Virus record (IMG/VR): IMGVR_UViG_2061766007_000929
DNA: 45,099 bases
Direction: 5' to 3' (one strand)
Source of the DNA: an uncultured virus (IMG/VR IMGVR_UViG_2061766007_000929)
Taxonomy: Duplodnaviria; Heunggongvirae; Uroviricota; Caudoviricetes
Shown: positions 1 to 8,310 of the stretch, piece after piece
Numbering within the stretch: the stretch's first letter is position 1
Layout: the number at the start of each line of letters is the position of its first letter
Made by a program: the position numbers and the translations under genes
The notes under the pieces: model-generated
Databases searched by the model: none
Seen by the model: the letters and a program-made list of their open reading frames with translations, nothing else
Told to the model about the DNA's origin: nothing

Positions 1-31
1 GCAACCATCAAAAAGAAAGGAAATTGAGACG

Positions 32-880
32 ATGGCAGACGAAGCAGTGAAGAAGACGCGGACGCGGAAGACCACGGCTGTGAAGACGGAAGAGAAGGAA
101 ACGGAACAGACCGCCGCTCCCGTCGAAGAGAAGGACGCTGTTGCGGAACTGAAAGCCCAGTACGAAGCGCAGCTCGCCGCAATGCGGGAAGAAATGGCCG
201 CGCAGATGGCGGCGATGAAGGAAGCGATGTCGGCGGCGCAGAAGCCCCAGGTCGTTCAGGTGACGGCCAGCACGGANNNNNNNNNNCAGCTCGCCGCAAT
301 GCGGGAAGAGATGACCGCGCAGATGGCGGCGATGAAGGAAGCAATGTCGGCGGCGCAGAAGCCCCAGGTCGTTCAGGTGACGGCCAGCACGGAGCAGGTT
401 CACTTCCTGTGGATGGCGGACGTGGCAAACGACAACGTGCAGGACTTCGGCCCCGGCGGAATGTATGGGCGCATCATCGGAAAGACGGGCGAGTTCTTCG
501 TGCCGAAGAACGACCTGAGCCGGATTCTGGACAACATCACCAGAATGTGCCTCGACCGGCGCTGGCTCATCGTGGTGGACGGTCTCAGTGAGGACGAGCG
601 CGAAGCCCTTGGCGTGAACTACAGCGAAGGAGAACTGCTCGACCGGAAAGCCTTTGCCAAGATGATCGAACTGGGGGACAAGATGCTTGAAATCTTCCCC
701 AAGCTCTGCGAGGGCCACAAGGAGATGGTGGCGCGGCGCTACTACGAGGGGTGGATGGACAAGAATCCCTACGTCCACCGGGATATCGTGGCGGAACTGA
801 ACCGGATGGCGAAAGCCGCCGGGATGAAGGACAACGCTTTCAGCGCCATTATCGAGGGAATGAACGCCGAGCAGGTATAA
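32..880 (+). CDS. Hypothetical virion-module protein; contains an assembly-duplicated segment around the gap at 277-286
   Basis: SD AGAAAGGA upstream; K/T-rich N-terminus then coiled coil; 170-276 is repeated at 287-393 across the N gap; lies just before the neck genes. Confidence 0.6.
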   Translation: MADEAVKKTRTRKTTAVKTEEKETEQTAAPVEEKDAVAELKAQYEAQLAAMREEMAAQMAAMKEAMSAAQKPQVVQVTASTXXXXQLAAMREEMTAQMAAMKEAMSAAQKPQVVQVTASTEQVHFLWMADVANDNVQDFGPGGMYGRIIGKTGEFFVPKNDLSRILDNITRMCLDRRWLIVVDGLSEDEREALGVNYSEGELLDRKAFAKMIELGDKMLEIFPKLCEGHKEMVARRYYEGWMDKNPYVHRDIVAELNRMAKAAGMKDNAFSAIIEGMNAEQV

Positions 881-884
881 AAAC

Positions 885-1047
885 CCAAACCGAAAGCTTG
901 CCTTTCGGTTTGGAAAGGACGTTCCGCAGGAAACGAGATAAGCGAAAAACCAAATCGCAGCCCAGCAAAGCGGGTGCGATTTGGAGAGGAGGAGCCGGTG
1001 GAATCCTGGCGGTATTCGCGCTTGCGCGGATACTGCCCATTCCGCCG
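885..1047. repeat. Structured intergenic element, copy A (three hairpins)
   Basis: Perfect 12-bp stem 885-896/902-913; stem 950-984; long stem 996-1047; 946-990 matches 4876-4920 at 40/45 nt. Confidence 0.75.
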
Positions 1048-1073
1048 AGCGACGACGAAGGGGGTAAGCGCAA

Positions 1074-2147
1074 ATGGCTACGGCCTGGAGCGAAATCATA
1101 AATGCGGCTATGCAGGCGCTGGACGACGAACGGTGGCGGGAGCAGATCACCGTCAGTCCGGCACAGTTTTATAGGGCCAAGAGCGACAGCGTGCTGTTTG
1201 CGCTCCCCCTTTTGAATTCTCCGCCGGAACTGCTGGACTATCTGGAGCAGTACATGGTGACGCCGCAGTACGATGACTTCTCGTGGGAGAGCACGGAAGA
1301 AAGCGTTTCCGGGGAAACAGAGGTCGATACCGGGCTTCTGGGCTACGAACTCATGTCCTGCATCGTCTACGGCGAGGACGGAACCAGTGTTGCTCCCTAT
1401 CCGGGGGCGGTTTACGACAAAGAAACGGGCGTCGNNNNNNNNNNTGCGCAGATGGCTACGGGCTGGAGCGAAGTAATAAATGCGGCTATGCAGGCGCTGG
1501 ACGACGAACGGTGGCGGGAACAGATCACCGTCAGTCCCGCGCAATTCTATAGGGCCAAGAGCGACAGCGTACTGTTTGCGCTCCCCCTTCTTAACAGTCC
1601 GCCAGAACTGCTGGACTATCTGGAAAAGGACATGGTGCAGCCGGAGTACGGCGACTACTCGTGGGAAAGCACGGAGGAGAGCCTTGCCGGGGAAACAGAG
1701 GTCGATACCGGGCTTTTGGGCTATGAACTCATGTCCTGCATCGTCTACGGAGAGGACGGAACCAGCGTCACGCCCTATCCCGGTGCGGTCTACGACGCGG
1801 AGACGGGCATCGTTACTTTCCCCCAGCAAACGGCAGCGGGCGTCCATTACGAGCTGGACTTCTACACGGACGGCACGTTCAACGACCTGACCATCAGCCA
1901 GAAGCGGCTGTTTGGCTTGGCTGTATGCGTGGCTTGGGACGAGGATTTTAGCCGCAACTGGCTGAATCTCCAGCCCAAAATCCACGATTCCAGCTTCTCC
2001 ACGGTCAACGAAGCCAACTATATGGACAAACTTTCGCTCCGGCTGCGTGAAAACCGCCAGAGTTTCAACGACGAACTGCACAAGTACGAGCAGCTTTGCG
2101 CCTACAAGACGATGCGCTCGAACGGGCTGAACATCGTGCTTGCCTGA
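1074..2147 (+). CDS. Putative head-tail connector/neck protein; 5' part present twice as two alleles (intact copy about 1452..2147)
   Basis: MATxWSE start at 1074 and again at 1452 either side of the gap at 1435-1444; function inferred from synteny only. Confidence 0.5.
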   Translation: MATAWSEIINAAMQALDDERWREQITVSPAQFYRAKSDSVLFALPLLNSPPELLDYLEQYMVTPQYDDFSWESTEESVSGETEVDTGLLGYELMSCIVYGEDGTSVAPYPGAVYDKETGVXXXXAQMATGWSEVINAAMQALDDERWREQITVSPAQFYRAKSDSVLFALPLLNSPPELLDYLEKDMVQPEYGDYSWESTEESLAGETEVDTGLLGYELMSCIVYGEDGTSVTPYPGAVYDAETGIVTFPQQTAAGVHYELDFYTDGTFNDLTISQKRLFGLAVCVAWDEDFSRNWLNLQPKIHDSSFSTVNEANYMDKLSLRLRENRQSFNDELHKYEQLCAYKTMRSNGLNIVLA

Positions 2148-2160
2148 GAGGGGGAGGGAT

Positions 2161-3486
2161 ATGGCTACCCTCGATAAAACCGTAAAAAACGCCCTTCTGA
2201 GCTTCGGCGGGACGGTGAGTGACCCGGCTTGGAACGTGCCTGCGCAGTATTCCAGCCGGGAAAACCAGTATTACATGGCGGAAACCGACCGTTTTAAGAA
2301 GAGATACCTGAAATACGCCTCGGATTTCTTCAAGGGGGAAGCCCTTGGGTTCTACGGTCCTGACGAAGACGAGTGGGTTCCCTGCAAGTTCCGCCTTGCG
2401 GAAGTGGTACGCCCCAGCTCCGCCATCCAGCGCGAATTTGACGATTACAAACACCTGATGCTGGAGGAACCGGCGCTCCCCTATATCCCCCAAGGCACGA
2501 AATTCCGGGCAATGGGGGCCGTTTGGCTCATGATTAACCCGCTGGACATCTCCAACGGGGACGGCGGGGGCATCGTAAGGCGCTGCCGGGTGACATGGAA
2601 TCACCTGGACTACTACGGCAACGTGCTTCAGGAACCCTTTGTGGTGGAGACCGACCGGGCAAGCGCCAACTCCGACGACAGCCAGCAATGGGACAACATC
2701 ACCAAAGGATATTTCAACATCACCTGCGCGGCGAACCGCTGGACGAAGCAGCTCGGCACCAATTCCCGCATGATTTTCGGCTCCGGGGCTTACAGAATCA
2801 CCGGATTCACGGACTTTTTCGAGGAAATGACCGGGGATTTCGACTCCACACGGGTCATTCGCTTCACGGCGAGGTACGAAGAACCCAACGACGAGATCGA
2901 CGACATGGTGAACCGCGTAGCCGAAGGTCTCACTTTCACATGGGAAATCGAACTCTCCGGCGCACCGACCATGACCGTCGGTGGCACAGGGGCAATCGCC
3001 CCCACAAGCCGCAGGATGGGCCAGATCGTCGAGAATTCTGAGGAATATCCCATCACCTACCTGTGGGAAAGCAGCGACGAGAGCGTTGTCAGCGTGGACG
3101 AGGCGGGAAATGTGACCGCGAACGCCGAAGGAACGGCGACGATCACCTGTAAGCTGATGCAGAATGAGAACATTATGTCAACCTATACGGTGACGGTGGC
3201 GGGCGCTCAGAGCGGCGGACAGGTGGTATTTTTGCAGGACGTTCCCGCCCAGCTCCGCATGTATCAGAGCGTGACGCTGGAAGCGGAATACATGGAAGAC
3301 GGAGAAATGACCGGCGTTGCGGTGGAATATACCGTTTCCGGGGCAAATCCGTCGGCGTACACCGTGGAAGAAAGCGGAAACAGCCTGATTGTCACCTGCT
3401 GGGGCGGAAGCACGACGCCGCTGACGGTGACGGCAAGCTACGGAGATTACAGCGCCAGCGCGGAAATATACCTCAAGGGCATTTAA
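2161..3486 (+). CDS. Putative head-closure/neck protein with C-terminal Ig-like (Big_2-type) domains
   Basis: SD GAGAGGGGGAGG before ATG 2161; motif WESSDESVVSVDEAGNVTANAEGTATITC is typical of Big_2. Confidence 0.65.
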   Translation: MATLDKTVKNALLSFGGTVSDPAWNVPAQYSSRENQYYMAETDRFKKRYLKYASDFFKGEALGFYGPDEDEWVPCKFRLAEVVRPSSAIQREFDDYKHLMLEEPALPYIPQGTKFRAMGAVWLMINPLDISNGDGGGIVRRCRVTWNHLDYYGNVLQEPFVVETDRASANSDDSQQWDNITKGYFNITCAANRWTKQLGTNSRMIFGSGAYRITGFTDFFEEMTGDFDSTRVIRFTARYEEPNDEIDDMVNRVAEGLTFTWEIELSGAPTMTVGGTGAIAPTSRRMGQIVENSEEYPITYLWESSDESVVSVDEAGNVTANAEGTATITCKLMQNENIMSTYTVTVAGAQSGGQVVFLQDVPAQLRMYQSVTLEAEYMEDGEMTGVAVEYTVSGANPSAYTVEESGNSLIVTCWGGSTTPLTVTASYGDYSASAEIYLKGI

Positions 3487-3517
3487 TCACAGTTTTAGAT
3501 AAGGGAGTGTTTTAGAC

Positions 3518-3850
3518 ATGGCGGTTTTGGCAAATTTCGTGTTTCTGGACACGAGCAGCACGGGTACGACGAGCAGCACCTTCTACGTCCCCTATGGGGC
3601 GGACAGCGTGACGGTGCAGGCGACCGGAACAGGAACTCTGAACGTGACCATCAAGGGAAAAGCGGACACGGAGAACGGTAATTTCATCGCGCTGGCTTCC
3701 ATCAACCAGACGGATTACAGCGTGGCGGAAACCATTACCGCAGAGGGTATCTACAGCGTAGCGACCGCCGGAATCCGCGAGATGCAGGTGGTAAACGGCG
3801 GCAGCGCCGGAAGCGTGACCGTGTTCGGCGCGGCTGTGGGGGAGGGCTGA
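3518..3850 (+). CDS. Small beta-rich structural/decoration protein
   Basis: SD AAGGGAG; T/S/G/V-rich beta-strand pattern; in the structural operon. Confidence 0.55.
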   Translation: MAVLANFVFLDTSSTGTTSSTFYVPYGADSVTVQATGTGTLNVTIKGKADTENGNFIALASINQTDYSVAETITAEGIYSVATAGIREMQVVNGGSAGSVTVFGAAVGEG

Positions 3851-3853
3851 GAC

Positions 3854-4198
3854 ATGGCAGTTGACAATATCGCCCGTGGAATGGCTGCGTCCGCACAGGG
3901 AGGCGGAGGCGGCGGCGGGGGTGGAAGCGCAAAGGTATCCGTCGGCTCTATCACCGTCAGCACCACATGGAGCGGAAGCGACCCTTATTCCCAAACCGTT
4001 ACCGTGACCGGAGTAAGCACGGATTCCAAGAGCATCGTAGATCTTCAGCCCACGGCAGCGCAGCTTTCGTCCATGATGACGGACGGAGTTGAAGCCATGC
4101 TGGTGGAGAATAACTCCGGGACGCTGACGCTTTATGCGCTTGGCGGAACCCCCTCCGCTGAAATGACCTTACAGTGCATCGTCATGGAAAGTAAATAA
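3854..4198 (+). CDS. Small structural protein: short anchor, poly-Gly linker and beta domain paralogous to the C-terminus of 20773..21498
   Basis: Shared motif W.GS..PYSQTVTVTG...S.VDLQPTAAQ...DGV....ENN.GTLT.YA.G....AEM..QC. Confidence 0.65.
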   Translation: MAVDNIARGMAASAQGGGGGGGGGSAKVSVGSITVSTTWSGSDPYSQTVTVTGVSTDSKSIVDLQPTAAQLSSMMTDGVEAMLVENNSGTLTLYALGGTPSAEMTLQCIVMESK

Positions 4199-4276
4199 AT
4201 GGCACCAAAAATCCGAAGGAACGGAAAAAGATAAGGATAGAATCGCGGAATCCGTGAAAAAGAAAGGAAAAACTGC

Positions 4277-4852
4277 ATGGAAATCGTGAAGAACGTCTGC
4301 CTGACGGAAGAACATCTGCGGGATGTCGCCGTCAGTTACGTCTCCATGAGGGACAAGGAAGAATTCATCAAGGACGTCAGCCCCGGATGCTTCGACAAGA
4401 TGGAGATAGGGACGGAGAACGGAGACCCGCTGCCGCCCTTCTACAAGGAAAGCGCCGTGCGGAAGCACCGTTACATGACGGCGGCGCTGCTGAAGCTGTA
4501 TCTCCGCCTCGGCTATGACGCAGAGACGGAGGCAGACCCTTGGAGCATCACGGACGAGAGTTACGAGGCCGCGTCTCGCAGCTTCCTCATCAGCCAGCTT
4601 GAGCGCATCAAAAAGCGCACGGCGGACAAGGAACTTCAGGGCAAAATCTACGACCTGGTGGCGGACTACAAGCTGCTGGAAAAACTCCTGAACGCAGAGT
4701 GCTACGGTATGCTTCCCGCCATGAACGACACTCTGAGCAGGTTCCAGATGATGATGTCGGCGCAGACCACGCCGGAGGCGATGGAGGCGCTGCTGAAAGC
4801 CACGGAGGAAGCAAAGCGGGAGCTGGAAGAATACAAGGCGGCAAGGGGATAA
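4277..4852 (+). CDS. Hypothetical helical protein (possible tail assembly chaperone)
   Basis: SD AGAAAGGA; helical, charged; function inferred from position only. Confidence 0.5.
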   Translation: MEIVKNVCLTEEHLRDVAVSYVSMRDKEEFIKDVSPGCFDKMEIGTENGDPLPPFYKESAVRKHRYMTAALLKLYLRLGYDAETEADPWSITDESYEAASRSFLISQLERIKKRTADKELQGKIYDLVADYKLLEKLLNAECYGMLPAMNDTLSRFQMMMSAQTTPEAMEALLKATEEAKRELEEYKAARG

Positions 4853-4875
4853 CGCCCCACGGGGAGTTCCGGCAC

Positions 4876-4977
4876 AAAACCAAATCGAAACCCAGCGAAG
4901 CGGATTCGATTTGGAGAGGACGTTTCGGCGGAATCTTCAAGCGGCGACCGACGGAAGCCGTGCCGTATTCCGCCGAA
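4876..4977. repeat. Structured intergenic element, copy B
   Basis: Stem 4880-4914, AGAGGA linker, stem 4924-4934/4967-4977; same layout as 946-1047. Confidence 0.75.
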
Positions 4978-5001
4978 TAAGGACGAGGGAGGTGAAGTGA
5001 G

Positions 5002-5721
5002 ATGGACGACGAAAAAGAGATAAGCGTACTTAGTCCTACCTATCCGTATGAACGGGTGGCGGACTTCCCGGTAATGGAACCGGCCACAAAGATTCCCTTG
5101 CTCATTTGCCGCTATCTCATGGACCTGCCTATGCCGGGATATACGCCGCCGGACAACAACCGCTATCCCCGCTGCCGCCTGATGAAGCGTCTGTGGTACG
5201 ACGCGGATGACCCGCTTGCCTATCTTAACCCCACGCCGGAGCAGAAGCTGTCAATGCTTTTTGACGGCCACCATCCCACGCTGAATACGGACGAGGAGCA
5301 GGCGCAGCACCCGCAGGGATACAGACTGTACCCCCTTCAATGGTGGATGCCAAGCCAGATCGAGGCGCAGACGAGCCTGAAAGTCTACATGGGGCGTGAG
5401 ACGCCGCTGGACGATTTCCGCGTGGAGATCGGCGTTATCTTCGATATTTACGTGAACGCCAATCTGGAGACGACGATGGGCGTGGGCGGTCTCAGCAAAG
5501 CCTACGCAATGGAGAAAGACATCATCGACGCCCTGCACGGGGTCAACCTCGCCGGGGTAGGCGTGATGAACTACTCCCGCCACACCCACGGCGACGCCGG
5601 AAGCCAGAACTTTTACGACGAAAGCGGAACCAACGTGGGGCGTCGGCTCGTCATGAGCCTGACCTACATGGCAGGCGGCGGCGGCACCGTGGAGAACTGG
5701 GGCGTCAACCGATTCGCATAA
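5002..5721 (+). CDS. Putative tail completion/terminator protein
   Basis: SD GGAGGTGA; alpha/beta pattern (IFDIYV...IIDALHGVNLAGVG); upstream of the tail tube gene; function inferred. Confidence 0.5.
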   Translation: MDDEKEISVLSPTYPYERVADFPVMEPATKIPLLICRYLMDLPMPGYTPPDNNRYPRCRLMKRLWYDADDPLAYLNPTPEQKLSMLFDGHHPTLNTDEEQAQHPQGYRLYPLQWWMPSQIEAQTSLKVYMGRETPLDDFRVEIGVIFDIYVNANLETTMGVGGLSKAYAMEKDIIDALHGVNLAGVGVMNYSRHTHGDAGSQNFYDESGTNVGRRLVMSLTYMAGGGGTVENWGVNRFA

Positions 5722-5805
5722 GCAACCAAAAGGAAACAGCGGAACGGAGAGTTTCACACCGCTCGAAGGACCGTTGATTCATAGATTCGGGAGGAAAGCA
5801 GAAAC

Positions 5806-6639
5806 ATGAGCGATATCCCGACAAAGTATCTCAGGCAGATACGACGCTACGAACCCGTGGAAACGGAAGGGCTTACTTTCTATCCCATTCTCGTGGAGGA
5901 ATACGAGGAATACCTGACGGCGAAAGCGGCAATCGAGTTCATGCACCAGCGATTACCCCGCGTATTCCTCAATATGCCCCTCCTGCAAGCCTACTACGCT
6001 CTGGACAATCAGAGCGTAGCGGACGAGCAGCTACCCACCGGACTTATGGTACGGGCGGTGCTTTTCCTGGCTCTTAGCCTAAGACTTGGGCAGGGCCGCC
6101 CTGTGGAGAAGCGTATCGCGCTGTTCCGACCGAGGGTTGACGCGAATGGGAGGCTGAAAGCCCTGTTGTTCTCACCGGACGGAGAAGAAATCTGCGAGAT
6201 AACCCCGGCAAAATTCCAGCGCCTGCGGCCTATCCTTGCGGCACAGAACGGATTGGAGATACAGCCTGACGACGCCAACCCGGAACTGGTGGACACGGAG
6301 AAAGAGATCGCGGCGAAGAAAGCGCCGGAACTGGACGTGAAACTGGAAGACCTTGTTTCCGACTTGGCAACCTTAAGCGGGGCCGACGAAAAGGAAATAT
6401 ACGGATGGCCCATTGCAAAGCTGCAAAGCAGACAACGGGCGCTGCACCGCACCCTGGACTACATCATCTGCGGCGTGGCCGAAGCGCAGGGTACGAAATG
6501 GAAGAAGGGCAATCCGGTTCCGAACCCCTTTTTCGACCGGAAAAAGGAAGAAAGCGCGGCGAAAGTCGCACTTTCCGAATTCGCAAGCGGCGCGGCCCTG
6601 AACGCCGTGCGCGAGGGAATCGAGGAACAAGCGCAATAA
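5806..6639 (+). CDS. Hypothetical tail-module protein (possible tail assembly chaperone)
   Basis: SD GGGAGG; 277-aa ORF; function inferred from position. Confidence 0.5.
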   Translation: MSDIPTKYLRQIRRYEPVETEGLTFYPILVEEYEEYLTAKAAIEFMHQRLPRVFLNMPLLQAYYALDNQSVADEQLPTGLMVRAVLFLALSLRLGQGRPVEKRIALFRPRVDANGRLKALLFSPDGEEICEITPAKFQRLRPILAAQNGLEIQPDDANPELVDTEKEIAAKKAPELDVKLEDLVSDLATLSGADEKEIYGWPIAKLQSRQRALHRTLDYIICGVAEAQGTKWKKGNPVPNPFFDRKKEESAAKVALSEFASGAALNAVREGIEEQAQ

Positions 6640-6660
6640 TCGAAAAAGGGGGTGAGGACG

Positions 6661-8193
6661 ACGGCAGTTACTTCGGCGCAGACACCGACCATCACAACGC
6701 AGCCGGTCTCGGCGGCGTATAACGCAGGCGATCTGGCGGCACCGCTGACGGTGGAAGCAACCGTATCGGACGGCGGGACACTGTTTTATCAGTGGCAGGA
6801 AAGCTCCGACGGAGTGAACTGGCTGGATATCCTCGGAGCCGTGGGGGACAGCTACACGCCGACCACGGAACTGAATACCGGGATGATCCGGCAGATCGTT
6901 TACTACCGCGCCGTGGCAACGAACTGGGTGGGCGGGCTTTACCCCGCCGACGACCTTTATCCCAGCGACACGCTCTACCCGGCAAGCAACGGATACACGG
7001 CCTCCGCAAACTCCGGGGCTGCGCAGATCACCATCTATCCTCAATACAGAGTAAGGAGTGACAATCCTATGATTACCTTTACCGATAAGAGCCTGTTCCT
7101 GAAGGGCGTCGGCAACGTCATCCTGACCGACCCCGACTCCGGGGACATCCTCTATCAGTCCAAAAGCTTCAACACCGGCAGCGTCAGCACCAGCGTGAAC
7201 CTCAACGAGATTCGTGCCGGTCTCGGCAACCCCGTTGTGGCGACCCTGCCCTCCGACGCCAGCCTGACCGTCGAGTTCACCGCCGTGGACTTCTCCTTCT
7301 GGGAGAAAGCGGCTCAGGTGGGCGCGACTCTCACTTACGGCGCTCCCGTGCCCGTGGCTCAGGTCATCAAGGCCACCAGCACCAGCCTGACCATCGACGT
7401 TTCTGACGGTGCTCCTACGGCGCAGCTCGGCTTCGACGAGGCCGTGTGCTACATCCAGCCCGTCGGCGCGGCCAGCCCCATCCTCCGGGACGGCACCGCC
7501 TATCCCATCAGCTCCAGCGGCGTGATCTCCGGCTTCACCGCTGTGGTGAATCAGGAGTACAAAGTGTGGTACTTCATCCAGAAAGCCACCGCTCGCAAGG
7601 CGGTCATCGGCTCCCTCATGGACCCGAAGATCGTGCATTTCAGCGCATCTTTCGCGGTGTACTCCAACGTGGGCGGCAGCGCCAACTCCGGCACCCGCGT
7701 GGGTTGGCTGTATGTCACGGTTCCCGTGCTCAAGCTGCAGGCCAATGCCAACATCTCCGGCGACCAGACCAACGCAGATACCACCGTCATCACCGGCATG
7801 GCGCTGAGCGAGGACGACGCCGTGGTTTCCAGCACCACCGACCTGTGCGGCGACGTGAGCAACCCGCTTGCCTACTACGTCTACAGCCCCTGCTCCGACG
7901 CTGAGATCGTGCAGGGTCTTGCCGTCGTCGGCGGTCTTGTGAGCCTGCCCATCAGCACCACGAAGCAGATCCCCGTGTATCTGGTGATGCCCGACAACAC
8001 CCTCGTCAAGCCCACCAGCTACTCCACCGGCTTCACCTACACCGGCTCCGGCCTGCCCACCGGCACCTCCGTGAGCGCGGGCGGCGTCATCTCCGCAGGT
8101 TCGACTGCGGGAGACGGCGAGGTGGAGATCGAGTTCACGGACGGTGAAGCGACGTATTCCACCGTCATCAATGTGGAAGTGACCTCCGAGTAA
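6661..8193 (+). CDS. Putative long isoform of the major tail protein with an N-terminal Ig-like domain, initiated at ACG
   Basis: SD AAAGGGGGTGA (6645-6655), 5-nt spacer, then ACG GCA GTT ACT; Ig motif PTITTQP...LTVEATVSDGGTLFYQWQES...YYRAVATN; no stop before 7069. Confidence 0.6.
   Translation, partial: TAVTSAQTPTITTQPVSAAYNAGDLAAPLTVEATVSDGGTLFYQWQESSDGVNWLDILGAVGDSYTPTTELNTGMIRQIVYYRAVATNWVGGLYPADDLYPSDTLYPASNGYTASANSGAAQITIYPQYRVRSDNPMITFTDKSLFLKGVGNVILTDPDSGDILYQSKSFNTGSVSTSVNLNEIRAGLGNPVVATLPSDASLTVEFTAVDFSFWEKAAQVGATLTYGAPVPVAQVIKATSTSLTIDVSDGAPTAQLGFDEAVCYIQPVGAASPILRDGTAYPISSSGVISGFTAVVNQEYKVWYFIQKATARKAVIGSLMDPKIVHFSASFAVYSNVGGSANSGTRVGWLYVTVPVLKLQANANISGDQTNADTTVITGMALSEDDAVVSSTTDLCGDVSNPLAYYVYSPCSDAEIVQGLAVVGGLVSLPISTTKQIPVYLVMPDNTLVKPTSYSTGFTYTGSGLPTGTSVSAGGVISAGSTAGDGEVEIEFTDGEATYSTVINVEVTSE
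7069..8193 (+). CDS. Major tail (tube) protein
   Basis: Own SD AAGGAGTGA (7053-7061) before ATG 7069; strong C-ending codon bias typical of highly expressed genes; followed by a terminator; upstream of the tape measure gene. Confidence 0.75.
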   Translation: MITFTDKSLFLKGVGNVILTDPDSGDILYQSKSFNTGSVSTSVNLNEIRAGLGNPVVATLPSDASLTVEFTAVDFSFWEKAAQVGATLTYGAPVPVAQVIKATSTSLTIDVSDGAPTAQLGFDEAVCYIQPVGAASPILRDGTAYPISSSGVISGFTAVVNQEYKVWYFIQKATARKAVIGSLMDPKIVHFSASFAVYSNVGGSANSGTRVGWLYVTVPVLKLQANANISGDQTNADTTVITGMALSEDDAVVSSTTDLCGDVSNPLAYYVYSPCSDAEIVQGLAVVGGLVSLPISTTKQIPVYLVMPDNTLVKPTSYSTGFTYTGSGLPTGTSVSAGGVISAGSTAGDGEVEIEFTDGEATYSTVINVEVTSE

Positions 8194-8204
8194 AACACAG
8201 CAAA

Positions 8205-8238
8205 ACAAATCCCCCGGCTTTCGGGCCGGGGGATTTGT
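8205..8238 (+). terminator. Strong stem-loop after the major tail gene (probable terminator or stabiliser)
   Basis: ACAAATCCCCCGGC-tttcgg-GCCGGGGGATTTGT 14-bp stem; U tract is short. Confidence 0.7.
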
Positions 8239-8310
8239 AGAAACAGGGGATAAATCAAAGACTGTGCGGGGCGCAGGTTTTGATTTGTGCCTTGGACGGG
8301 GGTGAACGGA

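Noticed and set aside
170..393. Apparent tandem repeat within the first ORF
   Set aside because: The copies flank a 10-N gap and differ by a few SNVs; best explained as two alleles joined by the scaffolder.
1074..1812. Apparent tandem duplication of the connector-like gene
   Set aside because: Same pattern of near-identical copies either side of a 10-N gap; strain heterogeneity rather than paralogy.
6637..6660. Stop-codon readthrough fusing the 5806 protein to the Ig-tail ORF (same frame)
   Set aside because: TAA is an efficient stop and a dedicated SD follows it; re-initiation at ACG is simpler, though readthrough is not formally excluded.
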